Shown here: positions 24,601 to 38,390 of the stretch, in pieces
Position numbering within the stretch: the stretch's first letter is position 1
How the letters are laid out: every line of letters starts with the position of its first letter
Source: Chiloscyllium plagiosum
Lineage: Eukaryota
Length of the DNA stretch: 64,000 nucleotides
Direction: 5' to 3'
NCBI RefSeq assembly: GCF_004010195.1
Contig: NC_057723.1
Location: 40,537,562-40,601,561 of the forward strand
The notes under the pieces: model-generated
The model's input: the letters and a program-made list of their open reading frames with translations, nothing else
The model's database searches: none
Told to the model about the DNA's origin: nothing
Translations under genes and position numbers: made by a program

Positions 24601-27069
24601 AGAATCTATATAAAGGGGGAAAAGGAAGTGAACAAATCATTACCACATTCTAGCAAGGAAAACCAGAATAGACAATCTGTAAGGACAAACAGTATAGGGT
24701 TGACAAACACAAAACTGTACAAGGAGGGAAATATTTGACAATAATAGTATTATGACTTTTAGTATTTGCACATTAATTTCTAACATTAATGAGCAATCTT
24801 TTTAATACATATCTCTCAACAGTTTCACCATATGTTTGAGCTTAAACACAAAAAGCAATATGACTTGTATTAAAAGAAATATCAGTTTTCATCATTGAGC
24901 TGTAGTAAAATCAGGTCTGATAGTGTACATTTTAGAAATCTTCTCCATTCCCTTTTTGCATTATTCCATCAACTAGTTTAAATTTATATCATCTTTTCTG
25001 ACTCAGTGCTGTAACCAAACCATTCCTAGACTAAATCATCATTGTATGTTTAGTTAAAAAATCCAAAATGCTCATTAATAATTTTGTAATATCTAAAAAT
25101 TTGATTTAATATTCAATCACAGCATATCAAGAGCAAGGAAAGCAATGTGCCAGACTGTTCAAGGTCAAAGCATACTCAAGCAACAATGAATAAGATGGCA
25201 ACTCACACCATTCAAATCAACAATGTGGATTTTGCTTTTTGAACTGTCCGGTAAACTGCTGTTTATACTGCTCCCAGATATTATCATGTGTGTAGCTATA
25301 TTTGTTAAAAAGCACTACACCTAAAGGTGAATTTTCATACCTTAGCCTAAAAATGCAAATATAGTCTGGAAGACATGCTAACCACAGATCAGCCCCGTTT
25401 CTGATATGTTTCTATGTAGGTTCATTTTCTGTTATCGCAGATGCCTGCTATTCTGACAGGTTATGTGTATAATTTGCTTATCAACACATTCTTTCATGAG
25501 GTACATATCTTGTTTGTAATTTAAATTACTATTTTAAAAATTATGAGAAGGCAGAATTTACAAATTACATGGAAAAATGGCGAAACACTGCAGAGGAGCA
25601 AAGCAATTAGTACACAAATCACTAAGCGCAAGTGTGAAGGTATAAGAAGTAATCAAAAAGCCTAATGAAATGTCAGCATTTATCTTGAAGAGTTGGATTA
25701 CAGAAGTGAAGAGGTTGTGCTTCATTTCTCCAAGCCCTTAGCCAAACTCCTCCTAGAATTCTTGTTCAATTTTGGGCAGTGAACCTCATAAAGTCTTTGA
25801 ACGTTTACAGCACTTGTTTGTTTGTATTTTGGTTTTCTTTAATATTGAAATAATTTTGCTACACTGTACATAATTTTTTTCCAAAAGCTTTGTCAACGTT
25901 TTGAGAAAAGATAAAATTTAATTTGTTAGTGATCCATTTAATGCATTCATAAAACACAAGAAAACCTTATGAACAAGCTATATTCATAATTATGAAAGGC
26001 AGCCTAACTTGACACAGTGTTAACCTTTGATTCTCCAGCAATCTGTTTTTGTTTGGTTAATATCTCCAATATCCACAGTTCTTTGTTTTATTCTCACATT
26101 TGATGAGTTGTGTTCAAGGTTACAAATTGGACAGAAAGCCAAAACTCACTCAAACAAAATACACCGTGATTTGTTCAGTTATACGTACAACTGTAGTTAA
26201 ATTTCAATTTAGGTGACTGTTATTTTATAGGTACTGAATTTGCATGCTATTAATTGAACAAATGAGGGCCTCTGATGGGAACACGTTACCTGATTATTCT
26301 CTAGAGTATCATATTGCATTGTTTACTTCAACTAAAGAGAACGCTACAGAATCTGAAAGAAAAACAGCCATGATACATCACCACATCAACTTGAACACTT
26401 GTTGGAGACTGACAATAAAAAGTAGAATGGTAACTGTTGTGTATGGTGTAAGGCTCTGAAAGGATTAATATTGTGAAATGCTTGAAGCTTCACCTACTAT
26501 GATTGTATTAGATGGTGCAAACAGACTTTGGGACTTTGAAAGAGTAAAAACTACCATGTGCATCTTCTTCATAGTCTTTATAGTATGTGCATCATATTCA
26601 TGTCATTTACATCCAGGTGCTATCATACACTAAACTACATCTTGTTTAAGACAACAAATGTTTCTCATTAAACTATCAAGTGATTTTCCTACTTCACTCG
26701 ACTAAATAAACTCCATGGATCCCTACTAGGGAAGAAGGTATTGGTAACAAATTTATCAGATAGCTCATACAGCATGATGAGCAGTGATAGGATTCCTTTT
26801 ACAATATGATGGCAACCAGTGTGGATTCCATTTAGCGACATCTTACAACCCTAGTAGCAGTGGAGGTCTTAGATTTCTTCAGACATAACTTTTGGAGGCA
26901 GATATGTCAGCATCTGGAAGAGCTGAACATTAAAGAATCCAACGAAAAAGATGCTTGCAGACAGATTCAACAAGATAGAACTTACAATCAACGTGGTGTT
27001 GTCTCATGGTCAGTAAGCCTTTAAGAGATATGTTGATGACATCATCACTATTATAGCATGTGACCTGAT

Positions 27070-27900
27070 GTGGTTTCATCAATGTTCTGTAGAGCTGCGG
27101 TAAGGCTTCTTTGTTTTTTAACTCAAACCTTCTGGTCAACATGCCATTTGTCTTCCAAACTGCTAGTTGCACCTGCATGCTTCCAATCAATGCCCTCAGA
27201 ACAAGGGCATGCAGATCCTTTTTTACATAAACATTTCCCTATCCAACACTGTTTAAATAATATATCGCCATTATGTTTTTCCTCCCAAAGTAGACAATTT
27301 CGTACTTATCTATGATATATGGCATCTGCTATGCATTCACCCACTCATTGAACATGCCTAAATTGCCTTGAAATCTCTGTACATTCTGTACATCCTCCTC
27401 ACCACTCACTCTCAGTTAGATTTATCATCAGAAATTTGGAAACATTACATTTGACTCCACCATCCAGATCGCTGATATACATTGTAAATAGCTGGGGCCC
27501 AAGTAGTGATTCCTGCAGTACCCCGTGTCTATGCCAATCATGCTGAAAAAGATCCATTTGTTCATACTCTCTGTTTCTTGCGTCATAACCTATTCTCAGT
27601 CAATGCCAGTAAGTTACCACCATTCACATGTACTGTGGTTTTGCACTCTAACCTCTTCTGTGGGATTTTATCAAACGTTTTTGAAAATCTAAATGTACCA
27701 CATCCACTGGTACATTTGATGAATTACCACCTCATCGATTCTACTGGTTATGACCTTGAAAAACTCTGGTAGGTTTATCAAACGTAATTCCACTTTCATA
27801 AATCTACAATGGTTTTGTATGATACTGCTGTTATTTCCTAAGTACTGAATATTATCACATCTTTCATAATAGACTTCAGCATTTTCCCTGCCACTGATCA
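27070..27900 (-). mobile_element. Degraded CR1 LINE fragment inserted in an old LTR-like relic
   Basis: Remnants read QVQLAVWKTNGML...KEALPQLYRTLMKPH and IIQNHCRFMK...LINL.EFF. Confidence 0.75.
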
Positions 27901-28779
27901 GAATGAGATCCACCATTTGAGTCTTCCCCATAGTCTCTGTAACAATGTCAATCATTTTATTATAACTTGTATCTAATTTATTTCATGTAATAAACCACAT
28001 ATTGTTTAAGACAAGAGCTTTTTCTCATTAAACTCCCAAGTGGCTTTCCTCTAGCACATGAAACCAAAGAGGCCCTGGAGATTCCTACCAGACAAATCTA
28101 CCAGACAGTTCATACAACATGACAATCAGTTGTGAGGATTCATCTTACAACTATAACAAATTGGTATTCAGGTTGATAATTGATGTGTTTAATTTTAATG
28201 CTGACTTGGAATACCAATATCTGGATGAAAAGCCTGCAATTGCACCACATTGTCACTAGGAAACAGAGGTGGTAATTATCTCTTCACAGCTTCCCACTAC
28301 TTTACCAGTCCCCCAATTTCACTCCCACCACCTCGGACCTGGTGGGAGGTTTCACTGTTAGGTAATACATATTTTCATTGCAATAAATACATACCTATTT
28401 TTATTGCAATTACTGTAAACCATGCAAGCATTGATTGTAGGTATAGAAGGCCTCAGAGTTTCATCTACAGTGATTACTTGAAAAAAAAATATATGGAGTT
28501 ATGGCCTGAAAATGGACACACGAACTGCAATGTATAATTACCCCATGTGTTCATTATGATGCAGGCAACTCAAACTGTCTACCGTCCTCTAGTAGTGTGC
28601 AATCTAATGTCTACATGCCTCTGCAGTGGATCACTATTCATACACACCACTTGAAGCTAGACTACTCTATTAAAACACAGCCTGCAGCTCCCTAAAATGA
28701 GGTGGGTTTTTATTGTATCAGATGGTGAAAGTATTAAGGCAAGACATTGTCAAAAATGGACAGTGAAGGCTCACAACCT

Positions 28780-29600
28780 GGCATTCAGTGCATTCCAAGG
28801 TCCTTTGAAACAGCACTAAAAGCTTCAGGGTACAGGTGAACAGGTAAGGCAAGATCCTCAACCCAAAGGAGTGAGGAGGCCCATTAAACAGACACTAAGA
28901 AAGTAGAAGCAGAAAAGCATTGTTGTCAATGAAAGCAATCTAATCCTGAGAATGTGATTGTAGTGCAGGAAGAAAATTAATGAATGATCATCATCTTGAA
29001 TGCATCTGCAAATGCAACTGCCTTATAAAATTAATCATTAGTTTTACTTCCGGCTCCATTCATAAACACTATCTTCACTCATCAACCAACATTATCACGA
29101 TTCATACCTGATGTTGGTGGTCTCACCTCTCGCTCTCAAAGTTTGAAATGCTGCAAGTTCACACCCAAATCTCCCAGCTTTCATAGTCTACCGGCTATTC
29201 AACAATGACAGATGCATTAACCTAATGTAATGAACCATGCTCACTGACATACTCCCAGATCTCTTGACAAACAGGTTGGCACATAACCACAGACAGCAAA
29301 TTTCAAACAGTGGGGGACAGACATGGGCACATGCCCTCACCCTGTAGAAGACACAGTGCAGTGCACCCCGGGTGACCACAACTGAGGCTATGGCCAATGG
29401 CAGGACTGAAACCATCCAGGATGGCAGAACGTGTCTACCTAATCCACCTCCTTGTATCTCACTAGCTCTTATTGCATTCCACAACCTCCTATTATTTACA
29501 AACTCCAAATGATGTAACTGTGCACTTCTTGCTTCAACACACATATTACACCATAATCCTACATGTTTTTTTTCCCCATTCAGATAAGAAAGTTGTCAAC
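28780..29600 (+). mobile_element. Decayed Harbinger Myb/SANT-like ORF relic
   Basis: TAGTGCAGGAAGAAAATTAATGA reads (Q>*)CRKKIN, resembling the QCRKKxNDL helix of Harbinger Myb-like proteins. There are many stops. Confidence 0.4.
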
Positions 29601-32479
29601 TTGGCAGGTAGTAGTGTAGAAGTGTGAAGCCAAAAAGGGCAGGAGACTGATAATGATGAAATCACTCAAAATCCAGGAGGCATGTGATAAAATTCCTCCT
29701 TAGAGTATGTTAGCACAAACTAAACCTAAGAATTAAAGGCAGATTCTTGGTGTCACACATTAGGAAAGACCTTGGAAAAGACGCAGTGTTGATTTACCAG
29801 ATTGATGTCTGGTCTCCAAAGGTTAATTTATGAGGAGAGTTGTTCCTGTAATTTGGTAGGTTAAGGATGATTTGATTGAAGTTTTCAAAACATTAAGGGG
29901 AACAGAATAGGGTAGATAGATAAAAGCATCTCCACTTGTTGGGGAGTTTAGAATGAGATGGCATAGCTTAAAAATTACAGTCAGCTGACAACAGCCATTC
30001 CCTGTCAACTTCTCCAATTTTAAGTGCTAGTAGAAAAATTATAATACTTCTATAAATTCAAACAGAGCCAGTATAAATCAACCAATTAATTTCAAACCAG
30101 TTGATATTCTTGGCCTTTATCCTTCAAATGTCTACCTGCAAATACTACCTCAGTGGTTCCTCTAGATCATTCCTTAAACCTTATTGATGCTCTGCCAGTA
30201 GATCCTGGCCAAGAGGTTGCACAAAGTGGTTCAGGACGATTCTACCAAAAGTTTTGCAGATGTCACAGCCTTCCAATTTCATAACTTCGCATGCATGAAT
30301 TGAGGGTTGGACACAGCCTTCTTGTGAATTTGACCCCAATGTGTTTGCATACTTAGCTTTACCTCTCACTTCTCTCTTCCAATGATTTAGTGCTTCTCAC
30401 TCTTTTTGTACTGAAACACTTCTGCTTTGAATGATTTCCACCTCCAGCCCTTCATTTACCTTCCACTGGGCTCTTGCATCCTGACAGCTGAGGAACCACT
30501 GAAGCTCAATGGATCCCATCCACCCTTGGTAAAATTAAAAATCCTGCTCAAAATAGCTGAAGAAGGGCTTATGCCTGAAACATCGATTCTTCTGCTCCTT
30601 GGATGCTGCCTGACCTGCTGCGCTTTTTTAGCAAAACATTTTTCAAAACAGCATCATGCATGCCACTGTCATACAGGCTGTTGACCCCACTGCCTGATCA
30701 CTTCCAGAAATATTGGCTAATGGTGGGAAAATATCACATTCCACTCCATTTACTACTGTAATTTTACCTGCCCTCTGCCTCTGATCGCTTCATTCCACGG
30801 CCAGTATAAACCAGCCCATTACTGATGTTCCAATTTTGTCTTTTGTGGTAATATCCTGATCTTCATTTTGCTTGTCATCAATCCTTCCATTATGCTAACT
30901 TATTTCTTGTAATTGTGCTCAGAGATGGACATGGAGCTGGTCTTGGTAACCAGAACTGTTAATTGATCTATGTATGTTATATACTAAGCAGGGAAGTCCT
31001 TCTATGCATTGATTGTCACATGATCTTACATCACCACTAGTGGTATCATTAGGATCTTATTGGTGGCTACTGATATTTTCTATAACATCAATGGCCAGTA
31101 TCTGACCCATTTTGAAATTTAACACTTAATGAGTTCCCTATTCTTTGCATCACCACAGAATGTCATATTTGTCCCATGACACCTTAAGGAACTGACTGTT
31201 TCCCCAGGACTTTTTCAGGGAGAAGATTTTTTATTCAACAGCATCTCCTTCTTCAGGAACCAAATAACAGTTAGAATTATTTGCCTTGGCACCTATTAGA
31301 CACCTTGGCACAATCCAGTAAATTAACTGCAGAGATTGATCCAGGAATCCCTAAACTGAATTTTGTCAATTTTTTAACATAATCTCCTAAAGCCTATAAC
31401 ATATTGGAATTAGCATCTGATTTTTAAATTCTAATCAAAGTCTGACCATGCCCACAAGGCAGATTAGCATTATTGTAAATTTTATCCAAGAAGTCTAACT
31501 GAAGAGCCTAATCTTCATTACTGCACATATGGTTGGCATCCACCTCATAAAATGCATTTCTTTCGACTTTGCTCCTTATAGAAATTGACCTATACCTAAG
31601 TGAAGCATGTCAAAGCATACCTTGTTTTCTCTTTAATAGTAATATAACCGGTATCCACTTGATTTTTCTACTGATCATGTGATTCAGACTCCAAGAACAT
31701 TGGAGGGAGTCATATCCTGACAACTTACCTTTCTTTCTTCCATTTTCCACAGTGACCATAAGAATTTTAGTTTACTGGTTGAAAATATACTAGTCTCAGT
31801 TTTCAACATTCACCTTCAAGTAACCATCCCCTGCTGCTGGTTGCTAAACTATAGCACTTGAGCCAATCTTTCCACACTTTGCTAATTACTTTTTTTTGCA
31901 GAATTACACTCAAGAAATACTTGTGTCCTAAGCCAACAGCCTCAGTCTAAGTCTATTTATAGCAACACATGTATTCCCAGTTAATGCATATAATTAAGCA
32001 CACTATTTCAATATCTGACAGTTCAACTAAAAACAAGTGTCCATGACAGTTAACACTTTGTAATTCACAGCTTCTAATCACATTATGGAAAAGACTCCTT
32101 GTTTCAATATAATTGTAACCCTTAACCCTTTGTGCAATTTGCTGGCTCTAAGCACAGAAATCACATCTCTAGCATATTTTGGCATACCATATACTTCAGA
32201 TATCCAATTATTCTCAGGCTACCATGCCCAATATACAGCACAAAGGATTATGATATTCAGTCACTCAGCATTACATTATTGGTCCCTTGGTTCTACTATC
32301 TCTGCACTGAAACCTATCTAGCATCTTGTGTTCACGGGCATAAATCACAGTGAATTTTCATCAACTCCAAAGTAATCCCACCATCTTTCCTTCATATGCA
32401 GTAAAATTATGATGGATTAAATCCCCAGGAGATCTACCACAAATTCATGTTAAGTGGAGCTTCAAGACAGACAGCCCAT

Positions 32480-33125
32480 AAGGGGTAGGAGCAGAAGTAA
32501 GATATTCAGCCCATCAAGTCTCCTCTAGCATTCAATGAGATCACAGCTGTTCTGATAATCCTCCACTCCACTTTCCTGCTTTCTCCCCAAAACTCTTGAT
32601 TCACTTTACCGATTACTCCATTCCCTTCCCTATTGCCTGCTGCACTTTTAATCCCAGTTTTTTGTGATTTATGCCCGCTAACTCCCAAATGCTTCTGTTC
32701 TATAGTTTTCTGCAGTCTTTCTCAATTAAATAGTACTTAGCTCCTCTACGGCACTGGGTTCCAGATTCCCACCACTATCTGAGTGAAGACATTTTTCCTC
32801 ACATCTCCTCTAAACCTCCGACCCCTTACCTTTAATCTATGTTCCCTGGTCACTGAACCCTCCTCTAAGGGAAAATAATTCCTTTGTGTCTACCCTATCT
32901 TTGTCCCTCATAATTTTATATATCTCAGTCAAGTCTCCCTTCAGTCTCCTCTGCTGCAGGGAAAACAACCCCAATTTTTCCAATCTCTCTTCACAACTAA
33001 ACCTTTCCACCCCAGGCAACACCCTGGTCAGTTTCCTCTGCACCCTCTTCAATGCAATCACTTCTTTCCTAGAACATGGATTCCAGAACTGCACACAATA
33101 CTCTAATTATAGCCCAACTAATGTT
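32480..33125 (-). mobile_element. CR1 LINE 3' fragments
   Basis: QFWNPCSRKEVIALKRVQRKLTRVLPGVERFSCEERLEKLGLFSLQQRRLKGDLTEIYKIM. Confidence 0.85.
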
Positions 33126-33282
33126 AGAGGTGGCACAGGCAGAAACACTCATAACATTTCAGAGGTATTAAAATGTATACTTGCAATGTCAAGGCTATGG
33201 GCCAAGTATTGGAAAATAGGATCAGAATACTTAGATGGCTATTTTAACCAGAATAGATCTGATGAGCCAAAGGACCTTTTAG

Positions 33283-33587
33283 GTTAGATTAGATTCCCTA
33301 CAGGTCCTTTGGCCCAACAATCCACACCGATCCTCCAAAGAATGACCCAACCCTCCCCCCCGACTACCCTATATTCACCCCTGACACTATGGGCAGTTTA
33401 GCATGGCCAATTCATTTGACCTGCACAATCTTGGATTGTGGGAGGAAACCGGAGCACCTGGAGGAAACCAACACAAACATGGAGAGAATGTGCAAATTCC
33501 ACACAGACAGTCGCCCGAGGCTGGAATCAAACCCGGGTCCCTGGTGCTGTGAGGCAGTAGTGCTAACCACTGAGCCACCGTGCCACC
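33283..33587 (-). mobile_element. HE1-type V-SINE, diverged subfamily
   Basis: The head reads GGCACGGTGGCTCAGTGGTTAGCACTACTGCC...GGGTTTGATTCC and is followed by a V-domain and (TCTAA) tail. Confidence 0.88.
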
Positions 33588-34326
33588 CCAGTGCTGTGGA
33601 CTGTTGTAACTCTGCAGATTCTGTATCATCCTCATCACTTAACTTCCCACCTGTTTTTGTGTCATCCACAAACTTAGCCGTAGTGCATTTACCTTCCTCA
33701 TCAGCAGCATTAATATTTATTGTAAATAATTGTGGCCCCAGCACTGATCCTGATGGCACTACATTAATTAAAGTTGCAATCCTGAAAATGCCCTCCTTAT
33801 CCTAACTCAGTCTTTTATCAGTTGGCCAAGCCTTGTAAGGATGTCCCTACTTCATCCAATTTGTCTACAAATGAGTTCTATCTCAAAACGCCAGATGAAG
33901 ATACAATAAAACAGTAAGTATGGAAAAAAGTGTTTATATTCCATTTGTTTGCACTTTCCTTATTAAAAATAATTGAAAAAAGTCAGGAATTAATTCTAGA
34001 AAAGCTGTTTTTCCTGCCTGTTGAACTTATATTTCATCTTATATTTCAGAATGGTTGACTAACTTGCTGGTAGAGTCTCACACTTCTTCACAATGTTTGA
34101 TTTCCACTTTGTGTAATCATCTTCCACTTGTCATAGCAACTTCACTCTTTCTCCAACTGACAGCAATTTAATTTTTTTTCCATATTTAGTCATACTTGGA
34201 GCTTTTATATATGCTTTCAAAGCATAATCTTGATTTCAGGTTATAATTGTCTCAAGCATTCTATGAATTTGGACTCTTGTGAGGCCAAAATTCACCCTGA
34301 TTGGTCAGCAAAGTCATATGACAAGT

Positions 34327-34642
34327 TTAGATTAGATTACATTACAGCGTGGAAACAGGCCCTTCGGCCCAACAAGTCCACACTGACCCGCCGAAGCGCA
34401 ACCCACCCATACCCCTACATTTACCCCTTACCTAACACTACGGGCAATTTAGCATGGCTAATTCACCTGACCCTGCACATCTTTGTGACTGTGGGAGGAA
34501 ACCGGAGCACCCGGAGGAAACCCACGCAGACACGGGGAGAACGTGCAAACTCCACACAGTCAGTCGCCTGAGGCGGGAATTGAACCCGGGTCTCTGGCGC
34601 TTTGAGGCAGCGGTGCTAACCACTATGCCACCGTGCCGCCCA
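34327..34642 (-). mobile_element. Full-length HE1 V-SINE
   Basis: It has a complete tRNA-derived head (A/B boxes), V-domain, CR1-derived 3' segment GGGCCGAAGGGCCTGTTTCC and TAATC tail. Confidence 0.95.
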
Positions 34643-34646
34643 CAAC

Positions 34647-34830
34647 GAGAGTGTGGTGCTGGAAAAGCACAGGTCAAGCAGCCATCCGGGGAGCAAGAGA
34701 ATCAACGTTTTGGGCAAAAGCCCTTCATCAGGAATAATTCTCCTGCTCCTCAGATGCTGCCTGACCTGCTGTGCTTTTCCAGCACCACATTCTCGACTCT
34801 AAACTCCAGCATCTGCAGTCCTCACTTTCA
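34647..34830. mobile_element. PLE pLTR fold-back (family A)
   Basis: Inverted arms GAGAGTGTGGTGCTGGAAAAGCACAG / CTGTGCTTTTCCAGCACCACATTCTC. The hammerhead core is on the minus arm only. Confidence 0.8.
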
Positions 34831-35712
34831 TCTATATGACAAGTTTAGACAAATTTGGCTAATCTCAAGTTACCAGTGCAGAATTCCGCTTATCATGAGC
34901 CTCATTCCATTGGATTTGCTATGCTGCCAAAGGCAATGGCTGACAAAGTTGGCATAATTGGAATTTTGTGTATCTGAAGTTGACTCAGTGTACTTTTAAT
35001 CTATATTTATTTAAATCAATCTAATAACTAGTCAATTCCCCATGGCATTGTACACAAAGTGTTCAGATAAAGTAGGATCAGAGCGTACCAGACAGTTGGA
35101 ATGTAATGCTGTCTCCATTTAAAAGTCAGGATCAAGAATAATGTACTCGACAATCAATTCAGATCCCACTGGACTCATTATTATTGTGTGGAACCATTAA
35201 CCATCCCAGCAGAATTGTTCAACAGTACCCATTCTAACGCAACATAATAATCTACACTCAGCCATCTCTGCAAAGATTTAAGATATCTAGTCCCCTGGGC
35301 ACGAGGTACGCAGCCAAGTATTTAAAAAGAAGAGACAGCACATCTCTGACAAACAAAGTATCAAATCTTAACTTAGTGAAGACCATGTGGGCAGGAGCTA
35401 TGACAGCCAGGAAAACATGGAGTCCTGATTTTACTTTCTGAGTCTCGATGCATTAGCTCCATCACATTCTGCCAGACCAAACCAGATGCACTTGTTTTGG
35501 TAGCTGGTGGGAATTTGCAAGCAAAGTTGAGGGCAGGAGGTTTTAAGACAGGAACGCCTAAGATTTCTTCTTAAGATACAGAAAAGCATTCTTTCATTTT
35601 CATCAACAAACAAAATTACTTGATTTTCTGGGCAATTTGCCTGCAGGTTTTACTGTGGATCTGGCACTTTTTTTCATTCTTTCATGGTATATTGATGGCT
35701 CTGATAAGACCA

Positions 35713-35916
35713 AGTTAAAAATCACATAACACCAGGTTATAGTCCAACATGTTTATTTGGAATGCCAAGCTTTCGGAGCGCTGCTATCTCCACAACCACC
35801 TATTAAAGGAGCAGCGCTCCGAAAACTAGTGCTTCCAAAAAACCTGTTGGACTATCACCTGGTGTTATGTGATTTTTAACTTTGTCCACTCCAGTCTAAC
35901 ACCGGCACCTCCAAAC
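35713..35916. mobile_element. PLE pLTR fold-back (family B) with 12-bp TSD
   Basis: Inverted arms surround GGAGCAGCGCTCCGAAA. CTGATAAGACCA lies at 35701-35712 and 35917-35928. Confidence 0.82.
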
Positions 35917-36709
35917 CTGATAAGACCAGCATTTATTGCCCATTCCTAATTGCACTTGAACTAAGTGGCTTGCTCAGCTATTTCAGAAGACAATGTCTGA
36001 CATGTGACTTTGTATTACTGTCTTACCTGATCTGACCTATTTGCGACTCCAGACATTACTGTCTTCTGAAGTCCAATGGGGGCCAGATCAGGTAAGGATG
36101 GCAAATTTCCTTTCCTAAAGGACAATAATGAAAGAAATGAATTTGCACAGCAATCAATTATCGATATCATTAGCATAATTACTGAGACTAACTTTCCATT
36201 CCAGATATATTGATTGAATTTAAAATCCCCTGCTGCCCTGATGGGATAGGAGAACCAATGTTCCCAAGGCATGAGCATGGCTCTCTGGCTTACCAGTCTA
36301 GTGATGTAACGCCATGCTTCCATCTCCCCTGGTAATGATTTTAAAAATATACCAGGATCTTAATGCTTAATATGGCCTCATTGCAATCTCACAAATATGA
36401 AAAATAATGATGAAACTGTTTTCCTTGTCCATGGCTTTGAGGTCACTAACAAAACCTGCTACGGTAACTCATAAATCCTGACAGAAATCAGAATCAAACA
36501 TATTTAATGGCTATTTAATGGTTTTAATATATCTAAATGTTTATTCTGAAATATTCATTGTTTAGGAGTGATAGATTCATTTAATCCCAAAATGAAATTT
36601 TACCTTTGGTAACAAAACATCATTGTTACTTTTGTTGAGCCAACTACTAAGACCTTTGAACAGTGGAGAGTGATTTTCTGTTTTCAATAATTTTTATGGA
36701 GTCCATCTT

Positions 36710-37040
36710 TAGAACAGAATCCGTACAGTGTGGAAACAGGCCATTCAGTCCAAAAAGGCCACACCAACTCTCTGAACAGCATCCCACCCAATTTCAATCC
36801 CCTGCCTATCCATGCAACCCTGCAGTTCCCATGGCTAATCCACCTAACCAACACATCCCTGGACACTATGGGCAATTTAGCATGACTAATCCACCTAACC
36901 TGCACATCTTTGAATTGTGGGAGGAAACCAGAGTACCTGGAAGAAACCCATGCAGGCACGGGGAGAATGTACAAACTCTACACAAATCCCGGTCCCTGGG
37001 ACTGTAAGACAGCAGTGCAAAACACTGACCCACCATACTG
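36710..37040 (-). mobile_element. Old HE1-type V-SINE
   Basis: Diverged V-domain (ATTCTCCCCGTGCCTGCATGGGTTTCTTCCAGGTACTCTGGTTTCCTCCCACAATTCAAAGATGTGC) and tail. Confidence 0.85.
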
Positions 37041-37699
37041 TCCCAATTTACAGTTTCTGTTTTAACAGACCTTCAGAATATTGTTACATTCAAGCACACT
37101 GGTACAACTTTGCCACCCATACTAACTCCCCTCCTGAATGTATTGTAACGGAGAAGTTTATATTTTTGGCCCCATACAAACTGTGCCAGGTTTGTCTGTT
37201 GGTGGTGAAGTCAGAATGTCACTGAAATCAGTCCAGAAGACTTACTCTCTCTAAGTTTCTCTCAGTTTTTCTTAAAAAATAGCACCATTCATAAAGCAAA
37301 TTGGAGAAACTTCCATTCACTGACAAGTCAAAGATAGCTGCAAATTTTACTAATTCAGTGGAGACCAGTTATCAATTAAACAACCACAGTCTCAGATTAA
37401 ACCTAATGCCTCAAACACTCTCAGGGTACTTTAAACGGCATATTCTTGATCTTCCTTTCTTCTCTAGATACTCTTTCCTTTTTAAACTTTATAAATGCAT
37501 GTGTGTATTGATATCATTTTGGGGGGATTAGTAAGTAATAGAATGCCTCTTTCTTTCACTCAAAAAATCTTGTACTTTGCTCCTTAAATCTGGCTAGTGC
37601 TATGCTTTAACTGAAGTGTAATATGGCTGTGTGGCTGCAACAAAGATTTCCTTTTAGCAACCAAAGGGGTTAAAAAGAGGGGAGCTGATACGCCCTCCA

Positions 37700-38390
37700 C
37701 ATCAGGTGGTAATAGTGGCCAGTAAAATATGTGCCATGCAAGGCAATGACTACCTAAACAAGACAGAATCTAACCATCTCCCACTGACATTCAAAGGTAC
37801 ACACTGAATTCCCACCAAACCCACCTCCCTTCATCCCCCACCCCCCTCATCAATATTCTGGAGGGTTCCATTGACCAGTAACTTAAATGGACCAGCTATT
37901 TTACTACTGTGACTACAAGTGCAGATAAAGGCTTGAAATTCTGTGGTAAGTCACCTCCTGAATCCACAAAGCTCCAACAATATCCAAGAAGCTTGATGTC
38001 ATCCAACGAGCAACCTACTTGACTGGTATTTGATCAATCTCCGAGCACATTCATTTACTCCACAGCCAATCTACAATACTAGCAATGTGTCTTAATGACT
38101 GCATGCTCTAAAGTTATTCCCCATGGCTCCTTAGACTGCTTCTTCCAAACTCACAACCCAGAGGAACAAGGATTGCACTTGGATGCGAACAGCAAGTTGC
38201 TGGCTAAGCAACGCATTATTTCCTTCACTGTGGTTGAGTTAAAATCCTGGAACTCCCTTCCAAACAGTACTGTGGATTTATCTAAATCTCATGGAGTGCA
38301 GTGGTTTGATAACACAACTCAACAGCACCTTCTCAAGAGCAATTAGGAATGGACAACAAATCTTGGCCAAGCCAAAGCTCTGCACATATA
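37700..38390 (+). mobile_element. Degraded LINE 3' end (same family as 46050-47550 and 63400-64000)
   Basis: It encodes KSWNSLPNSTVD near the end and shares sequence blocks with the other copies in the window. Confidence 0.65.
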
